Shown here: in pieces, positions 26,238 to 36,800 of the stretch | How the letters are laid out: each line of letters begins with the position of its first letter | How positions within the stretch are numbered: the first letter of the stretch is position 1 | Assembly: GCA_007117065.1 (NCBI GenBank) | Contig: SKHI01000010.1 | Span: forward strand, 1 to 44,980 | Reading direction: 5' to 3' | Length of the DNA stretch: 44,980 bases | From: Candidatus Woesearchaeota archaeon | GTDB taxonomy: Archaea; Nanobdellota; Nanobdellia; Woesearchaeales; SKIA01 | Program-made: the position numbers and the translations under genes | Notes under the pieces: generated by a model | The model's input: only the letters and a program-made list of their open reading frames with translations | Database searches by the model: none | Told to the model about the DNA's origin: nothing

Positions 26238-27638
26238 ATGGATGAAGAAATAACAGGAATTAATAGGGAGCTGTATGATACACCAAGTAAATTAGAGTAC
26301 ATCTATAAGGCTCCTGAAGGATTAACTGAAGATATTATTAGAAAAATTTCTTCTGATAACAACGAGCCTGAATGGATGCTTACCTTGCGCTTAGAAGCAT
26401 TCGAATTGTTCAAGAAAGCACCTATGCCTACTTGGGGGCCTGATCTCAGTGAATTAGACTTAGATAAAATTATTTATTATCAACATCCTGATGCACCTTA
26501 TAATCAAAAAAATTGGGATGATGTTCCTGATAACGTTAAAGAAACATTTGAGAAACTTGGAATTCCTGAGGCTGAACGTAAAGCTCTTGCTGGAGCGGGT
26601 GCGCAAATGGAAAGTAAGATGGCGTATCATAATCTCAAAGAAGAGTGGGAGTCTCAAGGAGTTATTTTTCTTGACATGGACGAAGCGCTCAAACTCCACC
26701 CAGAATTAGTAAAACAATACTTTAGTAAAGTTGTTCCGATTAACGACCATAAATTCGCTTCATTACATTATGCTGTCTGGTCTGGAGGAACATTCCTCTA
26801 TATTCCAAAGGGCGTTCATGTGAGTCAACCGGTGCAAGCATACTTTCGCATGAATAGTATGCGTGGAGGACAGTTTGAGCACACTCTCATTGTCGTTGAA
26901 GAAGACGCTCATGGTTCATACTATGAAGGCTGTTCTGCGCCAAAATATGATGATAAGAGCTTACACGCTGGTTGTGTAGAAGTATTTGTAAAAAAGAATT
27001 CTCGCTTCCGATACTCTTCTGTAGAAAATTGGAGCTCTAACACGTATAATTTGAATACCAAAAGAGGTATCGTGTATAAAGACGCCACCCTTGAATGGGT
27101 TGGTGGAAACCTCGGATCTGGTTGTACTATGCTTTATCCCTGCTCCCTATTAGTAGCTGAGGGAGCACGAGCTGAGCACTTAGCTATTGCTTTTGCGACC
27201 AAAGGACAGAACCAAGATACTGGTGCAAAAGTATATCATAATGCGCCAAGAACCACTTCGCGCATTGTTTCTAAATCAATTGCGATTCAGGGAGGCATTA
27301 CTGCGTATCGCGGACTATTGCGTATTGCCAAAGGAGCTAAAGGCGCTAAATCCAATGTTGAGTGTGACGCCCTCATGATTGATAACATTTCTCAATCGAA
27401 TACCTATCCATACATTGATATTCAAGAACAAGATGTTGATGTCGGTCACGAAGCTACTGTTGGACGCATTTCTGATGAACAAATATTCTATCTCATGAGC
27501 AGAGGTATTTCTGAAGAAGATGCGGTTGCTATGCTCGTAAATGGGTTTATGGAGCCCATCACTAAAGAGCTTCCTATAGAGTATGCTGCTGAGATGAACA
27601 AGCTCATTGCTCTCGAAATGGAAGGAAGTATTGGATAG
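26238..27638 (+). CDS. sufB: Fe-S cluster assembly protein SufB
   Basis: Full-length SufB-like sequence, including YYEGCSAP, the conserved C-terminal beta-helix region and ...GRISDEQIFYLMSRGISEEDA. Confidence 0.93.
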   Translation: MDEEITGINRELYDTPSKLEYIYKAPEGLTEDIIRKISSDNNEPEWMLTLRLEAFELFKKAPMPTWGPDLSELDLDKIIYYQHPDAPYNQKNWDDVPDNVKETFEKLGIPEAERKALAGAGAQMESKMAYHNLKEEWESQGVIFLDMDEALKLHPELVKQYFSKVVPINDHKFASLHYAVWSGGTFLYIPKGVHVSQPVQAYFRMNSMRGGQFEHTLIVVEEDAHGSYYEGCSAPKYDDKSLHAGCVEVFVKKNSRFRYSSVENWSSNTYNLNTKRGIVYKDATLEWVGGNLGSGCTMLYPCSLLVAEGARAEHLAIAFATKGQNQDTGAKVYHNAPRTTSRIVSKSIAIQGGITAYRGLLRIAKGAKGAKSNVECDALMIDNISQSNTYPYIDIQEQDVDVGHEATVGRISDEQIFYLMSRGISEEDAVAMLVNGFMEPITKELPIEYAAEMNKLIALEMEGSIG

Positions 27639-27648
27639 AAAAACTGCG

Positions 27649-28950
27649 TTATAAGGTAAATAATTGTCTAAATTCTTTATTCACGTATGCAAACGTTCTC
27701 TGTGCGCCTATTTTTTCAATATCTTTTTTATCAGTAATCTTTTTATGAATTGCATGCACAGAATGTCGAGAAAGAGGACCATTATCCATAACATTTTGTT
27801 TTATTACATCATGTAGGACCTGTAGTTCCATGCTGGACCGTGGCGTAATTATATCCAGCCAATATCCAGAGAGAAGAATTGATTTATCCGGCTTGTATCC
27901 GTCATCCGCTCTTCGTATGTCTTCATTTACTCGTGAAATGAATTGAGAGGCATATTTCTTTTTCTGAGCAGCCGTTAATCGTGTAAACTCATCGTTAGAT
28001 AAAAGAATGCCTTTTGGATCCGCTCGAATTTCGCAGTTCTTAAAATAAGATTGCTCTTGATCTATAATTTCATTGTAAACATCATATATTCTGGCGATGT
28101 TTGGAACAGTTATGGTAGCAGCCACTAAATCTGTTGGGAATCGTTCATATAATCCTACAGCATATTTCGCTACTTTTGTAGCAGTTGAGCCTAATTTTTT
28201 TGTTCGCATACTCAGTTTTTCTCGAGGCAATTTCTGATTAGTTTCATAAAATTCTACAGTATTAATAGTTGCAATGAACTCGTATACATCTGGTTGGGAT
28301 GAAAATTCTTGAGGTAACCAAATACTTGGATTTATTTTAATGAGCTGTTGATATTCAGCATCAGATAGGTATTCATCTGTGTTAATGATATGCTGCTTAA
28401 CTTTTGGCATACGCTTTTCTAATAAGTTATAAAAAGAACTCTTTCTTAATAGTTTATCCGGATTGTCAAATGCCTTTTTTCGGGCATCTTCTATACTACA
28501 ATCTTGTATACGGTACATATTTCCAAAAGTGGTGCGATTTCTATCAGCTTTCAACCAATCATCTACTGTCTCGGAGAATATAGCTAGTTCATCAACTCCT
28601 TTCTCTTGGTAGTATACTGTAAAAGAATGTTTAACACGCCTAATATCGCAATTCTTAGACAAATAGTTTATTCTGCGCTCCATAAAATGAGCTGCCATTG
28701 TATCCAGATGTTGCTTATAGAGCGCTAATATGTGCGGATTAAACGTACTTTCATTAAACATTTCTTTGAATTGATCAAAAACTAATTCATCCAACCCTTT
28801 TTGTGCGTACAAAGGAGTTGAAGAATCAAGTTTACGAACAACTATAGAACGTTCATATTTCTGATTCTCCTTAGCAATTGCCCGAGTAGATATATCATGC
28901 ATGTCCGAGAAGACAGATACTAATTCGTTAATTTGATTTGATGAAAGCAC
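27649..28950 (-). CDS. Orphan 433 aa protein; C-terminal half resembles a divergent RelA/SpoT-homolog (RSH) synthetase nucleotidyltransferase domain
   Basis: R249-x-K-x3-S-x3-K259 (RTKKLGSTATK; compare RelA GRAKHIYSIWRK). DLVAATITVPNIARIYDVYNEII compares with Rel DLLAIRVIVNSIKDCYAVLGII, with R replaced by T. GYWLDII...MELQVLH compares with GYQSLH...EVQIRT. The start codon is GTG, and the next ATG is at 28902. Comparison sequences are from memory. Confidence 0.4.
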   Translation of the reverse strand: MLSSNQINELVSVFSDMHDISTRAIAKENQKYERSIVVRKLDSSTPLYAQKGLDELVFDQFKEMFNESTFNPHILALYKQHLDTMAAHFMERRINYLSKNCDIRRVKHSFTVYYQEKGVDELAIFSETVDDWLKADRNRTTFGNMYRIQDCSIEDARKKAFDNPDKLLRKSSFYNLLEKRMPKVKQHIINTDEYLSDAEYQQLIKINPSIWLPQEFSSQPDVYEFIATINTVEFYETNQKLPREKLSMRTKKLGSTATKVAKYAVGLYERFPTDLVAATITVPNIARIYDVYNEIIDQEQSYFKNCEIRADPKGILLSNDEFTRLTAAQKKKYASQFISRVNEDIRRADDGYKPDKSILLSGYWLDIITPRSSMELQVLHDVIKQNVMDNGPLSRHSVHAIHKKITDKKDIEKIGAQRTFAYVNKEFRQLFTL

Positions 28951-29063
28951 ATAATAAAATAGTCGAGAACAGTTATAAACCTTACTGAATAGTAGTTAAA
29001 AATAATTATCTACTATATAGACGAGAAAATAAATTTATAAATGAATACGATATTCTAAATAAA

Positions 29064-29414
29064 ATGCTTAAAAGAGATGAAAAATTTATTTTAAAGGGAA
29101 TACCTGCTGATCGGACATATTCTAGATATGTGGATCCAGAAAGAGGTGTCTCCGTCATAGCACTTATGCTAGGTGACGAGTCAATACAAATATCATCTAT
29201 CACAGGAAAAGAGCTTGACTCGAGGTCCAAGCTAGAATATATCTGCGATATATTTAAACAATCTGGCGCAGAAAATGTCGGAATACATCCAACTGGAATT
29301 CAATACCTATATCTAGAAGCAGGATTAGAATTTGATCCAACAGAAAGCAATCATTTACCTAAAAAAAATGTTGTGGAAGCTATTGATAACTACCTAAATA
29401 ATAACTATAAGTAG
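29064..29414 (+). CDS. Hypothetical protein (116 aa), divergent from the 433 aa gene
   Basis: ORF track. TTTATAAA (29034-29041) lies 23-30 nt upstream. No family recognised. Confidence 0.55.
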   Translation: MLKRDEKFILKGIPADRTYSRYVDPERGVSVIALMLGDESIQISSITGKELDSRSKLEYICDIFKQSGAENVGIHPTGIQYLYLEAGLEFDPTESNHLPKKNVVEAIDNYLNNNYK

Positions 29415-29567
29415 CAATATAGATAAACACTCGGAAATTATTCGAAACAGCAATAAATCGTAAATAATTATTGTTATCTAAATATAGAATAGTCCTAAAG
29501 GACTGTTGCAAAAAAACCCGCTCCCAACACCAAAACAGTTAAAAGCCCACGCACATAGTTATGTGCG

Positions 29568-30266
29568 ATGGATGTTGATGCTCTTAATCAAAGCGTAGTA
29601 AACACTACCACTGAGGTTGTTTCCCAAGTAGATGTTAGTACCGCCCTTACGCTATTTTTTACCGTTGTAATTCCTGAAGTGTTTTCTCGCTTCTTCCTTC
29701 TCGTTAGCGCCCCCATACTCTACCCTATTATGTGGTGGTTGCTGATTCATCTTGTCATAACCTTTTTTCTTTTTGAATTCTATTTTGAGCGTCACGAGGA
29801 TGAAGATCTTGGATGGACTGCTGCTCTGGCCAATAGCGTGGTTATGATGTTTATTAGTATGGAGTTGTTACGAGACATTTATGGACATGATAAAACTCCT
29901 TTTGCCATCATCCTGCAATTAGGAAGAGATTACTTTTCTCTTGGTTTGTTCTCTGAGCAAATGATTATGGTTTCTCTCATTCTCCTTCTTGGTATTGCTG
30001 GAGTGGGTACTGCTATCATTAATTATTACCATGTTCTTCCTCGAAGTCTCGCATTCCTCGTTAGTGGCCACAAAACAGTTAATCTTCTTGCATATTTCCT
30101 TATCGTGGTTACCTATCGATATAAGTACGAGAATCCTGTTCCTCTTGATATAATTACATTTATCGCTCTTGGCTTGTTTGGCCTACTCATGTGGAGCATT
30201 ATCTTACTCCTGACAAGAAAGAGAAAAAGCGCGCACCCCCATCGTTCTCGAAAAAACATTTTTTAA
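29568..30266 (+). CDS. Polytopic membrane protein (232 aa), hypothetical
   Basis: About 6 hydrophobic segments. Basic C-terminal tail. Lies directly upstream of sufD on the same strand. Confidence 0.65.
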   Translation: MDVDALNQSVVNTTTEVVSQVDVSTALTLFFTVVIPEVFSRFFLLVSAPILYPIMWWLLIHLVITFFLFEFYFERHEDEDLGWTAALANSVVMMFISMELLRDIYGHDKTPFAIILQLGRDYFSLGLFSEQMIMVSLILLLGIAGVGTAIINYYHVLPRSLAFLVSGHKTVNLLAYFLIVVTYRYKYENPVPLDIITFIALGLFGLLMWSIILLLTRKRKSAHPHRSRKNIF

Positions 30267-30310
30267 AGAGAAATCGATGGACTCTTAAAGGAGAAAATAT
30301 TCGCATATTT

Positions 30311-31363
30311 ATGAATGCAAAGGAACTGTTTGAAAAAGAGAAAAGATTTGATATCTCGTATGGACTTGCTACCAGAATTAACACCCAAAGTATCACTTGG
30401 GACGCTCCAATAATACAACCAAACGTTTCTGTCTCGATTGGTAAAGAATGTTTTTTTGAAGAGAGCATCTCAGAAAAACCATTTTTACGCACGAAGCCTG
30501 ATACACAAGATAAGGCAAGTTTATATCATGGCGCTTTTGAATCATATAGATATCGCATAGTCATCCCAAAACATTCTGAAAAAACAGTTATTGTTCATCA
30601 GACACATGAGGGAAGTTCAGCTGGAAGCATTCTTATTGATGCACAAGAAGGTTCTCAAGCACACATTATCATTGTACAAAAAGGGATTGCGCCTGTGCAT
30701 AGCTGTGTTCTTGAAGTTCAAGCAAAAGACCGAAGCAAGGTGCAGTGCGCCATCATACAAGATCTTTCTCAGGAATCAAATGATTTTATTCGATGTCATG
30801 CAGAAGCGAATACAGAAGCGAAAATTGATTGGTTTATTTGTACTCGCGGATCAAGCATTAGTAGAGCAAATGTTACAAACAATTTACTTGGTGAAGAGAG
30901 CCATGTTCGCAGTTACGGAATTTTTTTAGGAGATAATAATCAACAATTTGATCTGAGTGCAAAAAGCATGCACAAAGGAAATAGAAGCATTAGTGACATG
31001 CATACGAAAGGAGTGTTGCGGGGGAAAAGCAAAAGCATCTACACTGGTTTAATAGATATTGACGAACAAGCGTACGGATGTAATGGATATCAGAAAGAAC
31101 ATGCACTCCTTCTTTCGCCAACAGCAGTGGCTGATGCCATCCCTAATTTACAAATACGAAATAATGATGTAAAGTGTAGTCATGGAGCAACCATTGGTCG
31201 TATTGATGAAGAACAACTTTTCTATCTTACAAGCAGAGGCGTTACGCAAAAAGAAGCAATACAGTTACTCGTGCAAGGATTCGTCCGCCCTCTTGTTTCC
31301 TCTCTTAACTGGCCTGCACTTGATACATACATTGAACCTATTGTTGAGGATTTTTCTTTATGA
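30311..31363 (+). CDS. sufD: Fe-S cluster assembly protein SufD (350 aa; the ORF track starts at 30191)
   Basis: C-terminal LLLSPTAVADAIPNLQIRNNDVKCSHGATIGRIDEEQLFYLTSRGVTQKEAIQLLVQGF is characteristic of SufD. I rejected the upstream extension because it overlaps the preceding gene and is basic, low-complexity sequence. Confidence 0.88.
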   Translation: MNAKELFEKEKRFDISYGLATRINTQSITWDAPIIQPNVSVSIGKECFFEESISEKPFLRTKPDTQDKASLYHGAFESYRYRIVIPKHSEKTVIVHQTHEGSSAGSILIDAQEGSQAHIIIVQKGIAPVHSCVLEVQAKDRSKVQCAIIQDLSQESNDFIRCHAEANTEAKIDWFICTRGSSISRANVTNNLLGEESHVRSYGIFLGDNNQQFDLSAKSMHKGNRSISDMHTKGVLRGKSKSIYTGLIDIDEQAYGCNGYQKEHALLLSPTAVADAIPNLQIRNNDVKCSHGATIGRIDEEQLFYLTSRGVTQKEAIQLLVQGFVRPLVSSLNWPALDTYIEPIVEDFSL

Positions 31364-32511
31364 GAGAGGAGTTTCCTATTCTTCATGAGATAGTGTATCT
31401 CGATAGCGCAGCTACCACGCAAAAGCCCACATCAGTCATAAAAAGTATCGAACAAGCCTATAAAAGAAGTGCAAATGTACATCGTTCAGCGCACCGTCTT
31501 GCCAGAGAAAACACTGCTTCCTTTGAAGATGCAAGAAATACTGTTGCTTCATTTATTGGTTGTAACCGAGAAGAAGTCGTATTTACTTCTGGCACCACAC
31601 ATGGAATAAATCTTATTGCACAAACAATACCGCTTACACCCAAGTCAATAATTATTTGCTCTGAGTTAGAACATCATGCAAATTTTGTTATCTGGCAACA
31701 AAGAGCAAAACAAGTGGGTTGCACTATTAAATATATTCGAGTAAAAAATAATGGTCTTGACTACGAACATGCAAAGGAACTAATTTCTCAAGGCTGTTCT
31801 GTTCTTGCAATAACGCATCTTAGTAATGTTACAGGAGCAGTTACTGATGTTACGTTGCTTTCGTCTCTTGTAAAAAAGCAAGGCGGACTTGTGATTGTTG
31901 ATGGTGCACAGGCAGTTGCGCATCTTCCAGTTAACGTCCATGATTTAGGTATTGACGCATATGCGTTTGGCGCACACAAGCTCTACGGCCCAACAGGTAT
32001 TGGCGCGCTCTTTATTCGTTCTTCATTAGCAAAAACCCTTCCTCCTTTCTTGTATGGTGGAGAGATGATTGAGCATGTATCAGTAACTGAAACAACGTTT
32101 GCTCAACCACCGAGTCGTTTTGAGGCAGGAACTCCTGCTATTGTTCAAAGTATTGGATTTAAAGCAGCCATTGACTGGTTTACAAAAAATTATTCTCATT
32201 CTCGCGAGCAAGAAATATATGCGTATGTAAAAAAAATGCTTTCCACTCTTCCAAAGATACGTATATTTACTCATCCGACGAGTATTGCATGTCTCTCATT
32301 TGTTATTGAAGGAGTGCATGTTGATGATATATGTGCATTTCTTGACTCGCAAAACATTGCTATTCGAAGCGGACATCATTGTACGCAACCCCTTCATACT
32401 TCTCTTGGCATCCCTTCTTCATTACGAGTAAGTCTTGGTATTTACTCTACAAAAGAAGATATTGATGCATGCTTTTTAGCATTACAAGAGGCAATACAGG
32501 TGTTATCATGA
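31360..32511 (+). CDS. sufS: Cysteine desulfurase, SufS/class V aminotransferase
   Basis: LDSAATTQKP, the PLP-lysine motif HKLYGPTGIGALF and the catalytic-Cys motif RSGHHCTQP. ATGA overlaps with sufD and sufC. Confidence 0.9.
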   Translation: MREEFPILHEIVYLDSAATTQKPTSVIKSIEQAYKRSANVHRSAHRLARENTASFEDARNTVASFIGCNREEVVFTSGTTHGINLIAQTIPLTPKSIIICSELEHHANFVIWQQRAKQVGCTIKYIRVKNNGLDYEHAKELISQGCSVLAITHLSNVTGAVTDVTLLSSLVKKQGGLVIVDGAQAVAHLPVNVHDLGIDAYAFGAHKLYGPTGIGALFIRSSLAKTLPPFLYGGEMIEHVSVTETTFAQPPSRFEAGTPAIVQSIGFKAAIDWFTKNYSHSREQEIYAYVKKMLSTLPKIRIFTHPTSIACLSFVIEGVHVDDICAFLDSQNIAIRSGHHCTQPLHTSLGIPSSLRVSLGIYSTKEDIDACFLALQEAIQVLS

Positions 32512-33245
32512 GTTTAGAAATTAAGAATTTGCACGTGCGTATAGATGATGAAAAAGATATTTTAAAAGGCGTTGATTTGGCTATTAAACCAGGCGAAATT
32601 GTTGCTTTAATGGGACCAAACGGTTCTGGTAAAAGCACATTAGCATATAGTCTTATGGGCCATCCTAAGTACATGGTTGTTGATGGCTCTGCGTTATTAG
32701 ATGGTACTGAGCTTTTCGACCTTGAACCAAATGAACGCGCACAAAACGGATTATTCTTATCCTTTCAGTATCCATCTACAGTTACTGGTGTTCGTTTTAG
32801 CGACTTATTACGTGCCGCATACAACGCTGTTTCTGAAGAAAAACTAAGTGTTCCAAAGTTCCGTAAACTGCTGCGTGAAGAAATGGATGCGTTACACATG
32901 GATTATTCTTTTGCACAAAGATACGTGAATGATGGATGGAGTGGTGGTGAGAAAAAACGTGGTGAAATTCTTCAGCTACGTATTCTTCGGCCAAAGATAG
33001 CTATTCTTGATGAGACTGACAGCGGACTTGATATTGATGCCATTCGTATTGTTTCGCAAGGAGTAAATGATGCTCGAAAAGATAATCCCGACATGGGCGT
33101 ATTAATAATCACGCATTACAAACGAATTCTTGAGTACATACATCCGAATCGAGTTGTTGTTCTAGTTGATGGTCGCATCGTACAGCAAGGCGGTCCTGAA
33201 TTGGTTGATAAATTAGAATCTCAAGGATACGATTGGATTCGTTAA
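32508..33245 (+). CDS. sufC: Fe-S cluster assembly ATPase SufC (245 aa; the ORF track starts at 32469)
   Basis: Walker A GPNGSGKST, ABC signature WSGGEKKR, Walker B ILDETDSGLD. ATG 32508 forms ATGA with the sufS stop. Confidence 0.93.
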   Translation: MSLEIKNLHVRIDDEKDILKGVDLAIKPGEIVALMGPNGSGKSTLAYSLMGHPKYMVVDGSALLDGTELFDLEPNERAQNGLFLSFQYPSTVTGVRFSDLLRAAYNAVSEEKLSVPKFRKLLREEMDALHMDYSFAQRYVNDGWSGGEKKRGEILQLRILRPKIAILDETDSGLDIDAIRIVSQGVNDARKDNPDMGVLIITHYKRILEYIHPNRVVVLVDGRIVQQGGPELVDKLESQGYDWIR

Positions 33246-33811
33246 TAGTATCCTTCTTGTTGAATAGGTTTTTTTCTATTTATTTTAATGAGAACAAGAA
33301 CAAGGATAAGTATTAAGAGGCTTATTCCTGCAAGTAATAAGTATCGTGTGAGCGACGATCTCTGCGGTATTGCTATGAAGGGATCCTGTTCTGTTTCAAA
33401 GGCACTCTGGTGTTGTGCTTCAGGCGTACAATCTTGTGGGCAACTCAAAACTTCCATTGGGTCGCATCGTCCATCCCCGCAATATGCGCGGATTTGTCTT
33501 ATGTGCAAAGTTTCTCCTTGAGGATTTACAAGCGCTATTGTGTTTGCTAATGCTAATTTAGGAATGGTAACCCACATATCCGTAACAAGCGATTGTGTGT
33601 TGTCCTCAAATGTTATTGTTGGGTCAAAAAAATATGTTCCTAAAAGAAGTTGCCCATCATACAATTGAAGTTTCCAATCGCCTGCTGTTCGTATTGGAGT
33701 TGGTCCTGTTTGTTCTTCATACCCTTGTATTATCTGTTGTTCGATATCTACGTGCACGACTATTTGTGATGCTAAAAAAATACACATTACTAAAATGAGC
33801 ATTCTTCTCAT
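33242..33811 (-). CDS. Surface protein with N-terminal signal, CGDGRC-x-Cys motif and C-terminal TM anchor (189 aa)
   Basis: MRRMLILVMCIFLASQIVV; YCGDGRCDPMEVLSCPQDC; TM LLLAGISLLILILVLVLI and basic tail. ATGA overlap with the upstream giant gene. Its stop overlaps the convergent sufC stop. Confidence 0.75.
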   Translation of the reverse strand: MRRMLILVMCIFLASQIVVHVDIEQQIIQGYEEQTGPTPIRTAGDWKLQLYDGQLLLGTYFFDPTITFEDNTQSLVTDMWVTIPKLALANTIALVNPQGETLHIRQIRAYCGDGRCDPMEVLSCPQDCTPEAQHQSAFETEQDPFIAIPQRSSLTRYLLLAGISLLILILVLVLIKINRKKPIQQEGYY

Positions 33812-36800
33812 GTTTCCACCCCAAAGTATGTGTTTATTCTTGCTTGTTGCGGTATGCTAAAGAGTAACACGAAATCAGTTGAACGAGAGTTTGCTGGTGC
33901 AGTCACTGTATTTCTTTCTTCTGGCAGATCAAATTGTGCAAATGCGATACTTCTTAGGGCGTGAAGAGATATACAGCGCTCTACCCCTCGACATCCTGTG
34001 TAACTTACATAGCCATTTCCTGCAAAAGTAAGCGATCGATACTCTGCTTCAGAAAGAACTATGTACATGGTTGAATGAGATACACGATCTATTAGACTAA
34101 GGGCTCTTGTGTTTATCTGTGGTTGCACATCAAGTCCCCTTGACTGAACTATTGGTGCTGCTGATAGTGTAGAATAAATTGCTATTCGATCACGATGATT
34201 TGGCATGTTCGGTATGGTAAGTATTTCTCGAGAGACAGTATCTGCTAATTCTCTAAAACGAACTACTGGTAAACCATCGTTAACGAATGTAATAATGAGT
34301 GTTGGATGTATTGTAACATTTGAGGGAAACACGTGATCAATTATTGATTTCCCATCTCGTGCAGAATGAATTGCTTGTATCTGTTCTCTTGCTTCTTCAA
34401 TTTGACACGCTTCTATAATGAGATTTGCTTGTCTTTGCTCGCTGGGATTTCGAGAAAAAGGTACTTGATTATTATGTATGAACGTGAGTATTTCTTCACA
34501 AATATTTGGTTGATCAAATAATCGCACAGCTGTTCGTAAACCAAGTCGCATGAATTGCGGAGACATCCCATCCAGGCGAAGATCCTTAAGAAGCTGTGTT
34601 GCGTCTTCGAGCTCTCCTTGAAGAATGTTGAATTGTATCTCAACTATTCTTTTCTTTTGATCTTCTAACGGTGTAAGATTAAACCGACCACTATCCTTAA
34701 GAAGCGCACGTATTACTTGCGTCTCATACTGTCCTGTTGGAAACAGATCTCCTGTCTCTGCAAACCTGTATGCTGCTAAGAGAAGATCCCTTACCGTAAC
34801 TTCTGGAGTGAATCTCATAGCGCTAGAAAGTATTTGTCTTGTTTGCTCTAGGGGTTGCGTTGCAGTTAATTCTCTGCGCTCTACACGTAACGTACAGTAC
34901 TGTGTTGATTGTAATAGTTTTACTGATTGGCTATCAACAAGCAGGTATGAAGTGCAAGCTCGAAGCGTGTTTCCTTGATTATCTAAATGTTCTTTAAGTT
35001 CTTGCATTTGCGACTCCGTATTTGAGCTCCATAAAAATTCAGCACTTGGACTAAGAATTATTTCTACATCTATTTTTTTCTGATCGCTTATACGTTCTAT
35101 CAATGTGGTTATCTCTTCATCACTAAATCCTTGGCTAAATAGAGTCCATCTCTGTTCAATTTCCTCTCTCAATGAAGAAGGAGGTTTAAAGAAGGGTATT
35201 GTGCCGGTAAAGGTGTCTGGAATAATGTATATTGCGGATGAAAGTCTTCCAGGAAGTGTTTGAGATTCATATAGCAATACATGTCGTAAGCCTGAATCTC
35301 TGAGGTTATTACGCATTATTCGTTCAATTGAGTCCTCTCGTAATTGGTTAACTCGAGGAATATTTGGCGCTACATGAAACACCCAATACCCGTTCAAGCC
35401 AGGCGTGTTTTCAGTTTCCTGAATGAATGATCGAATTGCTTGTTGCGCATTTGGAGGTATTCTTGGGTTCGTAGCGTCTGAGGCGTAACAGAGTTTAAGA
35501 TAATCTCTATTTCGTCCACACTCATCATTATTTTCTAGTTGTGGCCTTGCAGGGACTTGCGGTGTCGAAGCAACAGGAGGAGTGGTTGGAGTTGGTGGTG
35601 GAGTCTGTGGGCGCCTCTGTTGCTCAAGCCAGTAGACTAAATTTGCCGGAATAATAACATCGCGTACATTATGCGCGCTTGGATTAGCTCGAACTTCTAG
35701 TAAATAATCAAGTCCTTCAACAAAATCTTTTGAACTCAAACTACGCAATATTCTATCAAGACCGCTCGAAACAGATGAACCGCTATCAACTGATCCCCAC
35801 CAAAGTGTTCTTTGTTCCCAACGTTGCCAAACAAAATTGTATCTTATACGCCTACTCAGACCATATTGTGAGGGATCGATCTTTATTTCGGGACTCTGAC
35901 CGCCAAACTCTGAAAAATCATATGTTCCATCTTCATTAGGCGGGATAAATCCTGGACTAGACGGACTTGGCGATTCTGACGGAATATTCTGTGAAGCACG
36001 ATACTCCTCAAGATATTCAGAATTATCTAAATTCAATGGAATTTCAAATGTATGCCCTGCTAGTTGTTGACTTCTCAAGTGTAAAAAGTAACCCACCCCT
36101 GTTCTGAAATTAGTAGAGTGCTCTTGATACAATCGAGATGATATTTCAACGTGAGTGAGAGGTACTTGATTAGTTTGAGCAAGAGAAACCCAACCAAATC
36201 CTTCTCGCAGATTATAACGCCAATTACCTCGAACAAAGGCATAATTAACAGAATTATAATTAACAGAATGTACAGGACCTGACTGTATATAATTTATTCG
36301 TAATCGCACTATAGTATTGTCTTCAACACGAATATACCTATTAACAAAAGAATCGAATTCTTCATTTGCATATACTGCTTCAATATTTTCAGAATTAACC
36401 AGATACGCTATACCTTCTTTAAAATCAAGATTTTGAAGCGGACGAACACTTTGAGGTGAAATGGGCCTAATGTTTGTAAATACATAACCTGTTTTTAATT
36501 GCCAACTTGAATCTGAAAAATCGTATCTGATCTCCATCGTACTAATAGAAGCAACAAATATTATAGGACTTTTTCCTGTATATCCAGTAAAATCGTGCTG
36601 GCCAGTCAATACAGCACTAGTTGACTCAAGAAAGAAAAAGCCCGGAGGCAGATCAACACCTGATGAATGAGGAGAATCAAGATAATCCATTATTGCTGGT
36701 GGTAATTGAATTTGGAATGTCGGATTATTTTGCTGATAAACAGTTACGAAGTATTGGTATCCTCGCACCCTATTTTCAGGTTCTTGCAGGAGGTAAGATT

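Noticed and set aside
27649-28950. An HD-type hydrolase domain in the N-terminal half of the 433 aa protein (MHD at aa 17-19), which would make it a long bifunctional RSH.
   Set aside because: There is only a single HD dipeptide without the surrounding H...HD...D pattern. The region is too short and dissimilar.
27639-30310. Reading the insert between sufB and sufD as an integrated mobile element or provirus.
   Set aside because: I could find no integrase, transposase, tRNA target or flanking direct repeats. Only the strand switch and the AT-rich spacers point that way.
33808-34400. The C-terminal region of the ~1070 aa protein vaguely resembles a metallopeptidase core (…MYIVLSEAEY…SLHALRS…).
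   Set aside because: There is no intact HExxH or other catalytic motif. The resemblance is too weak to report as a call.
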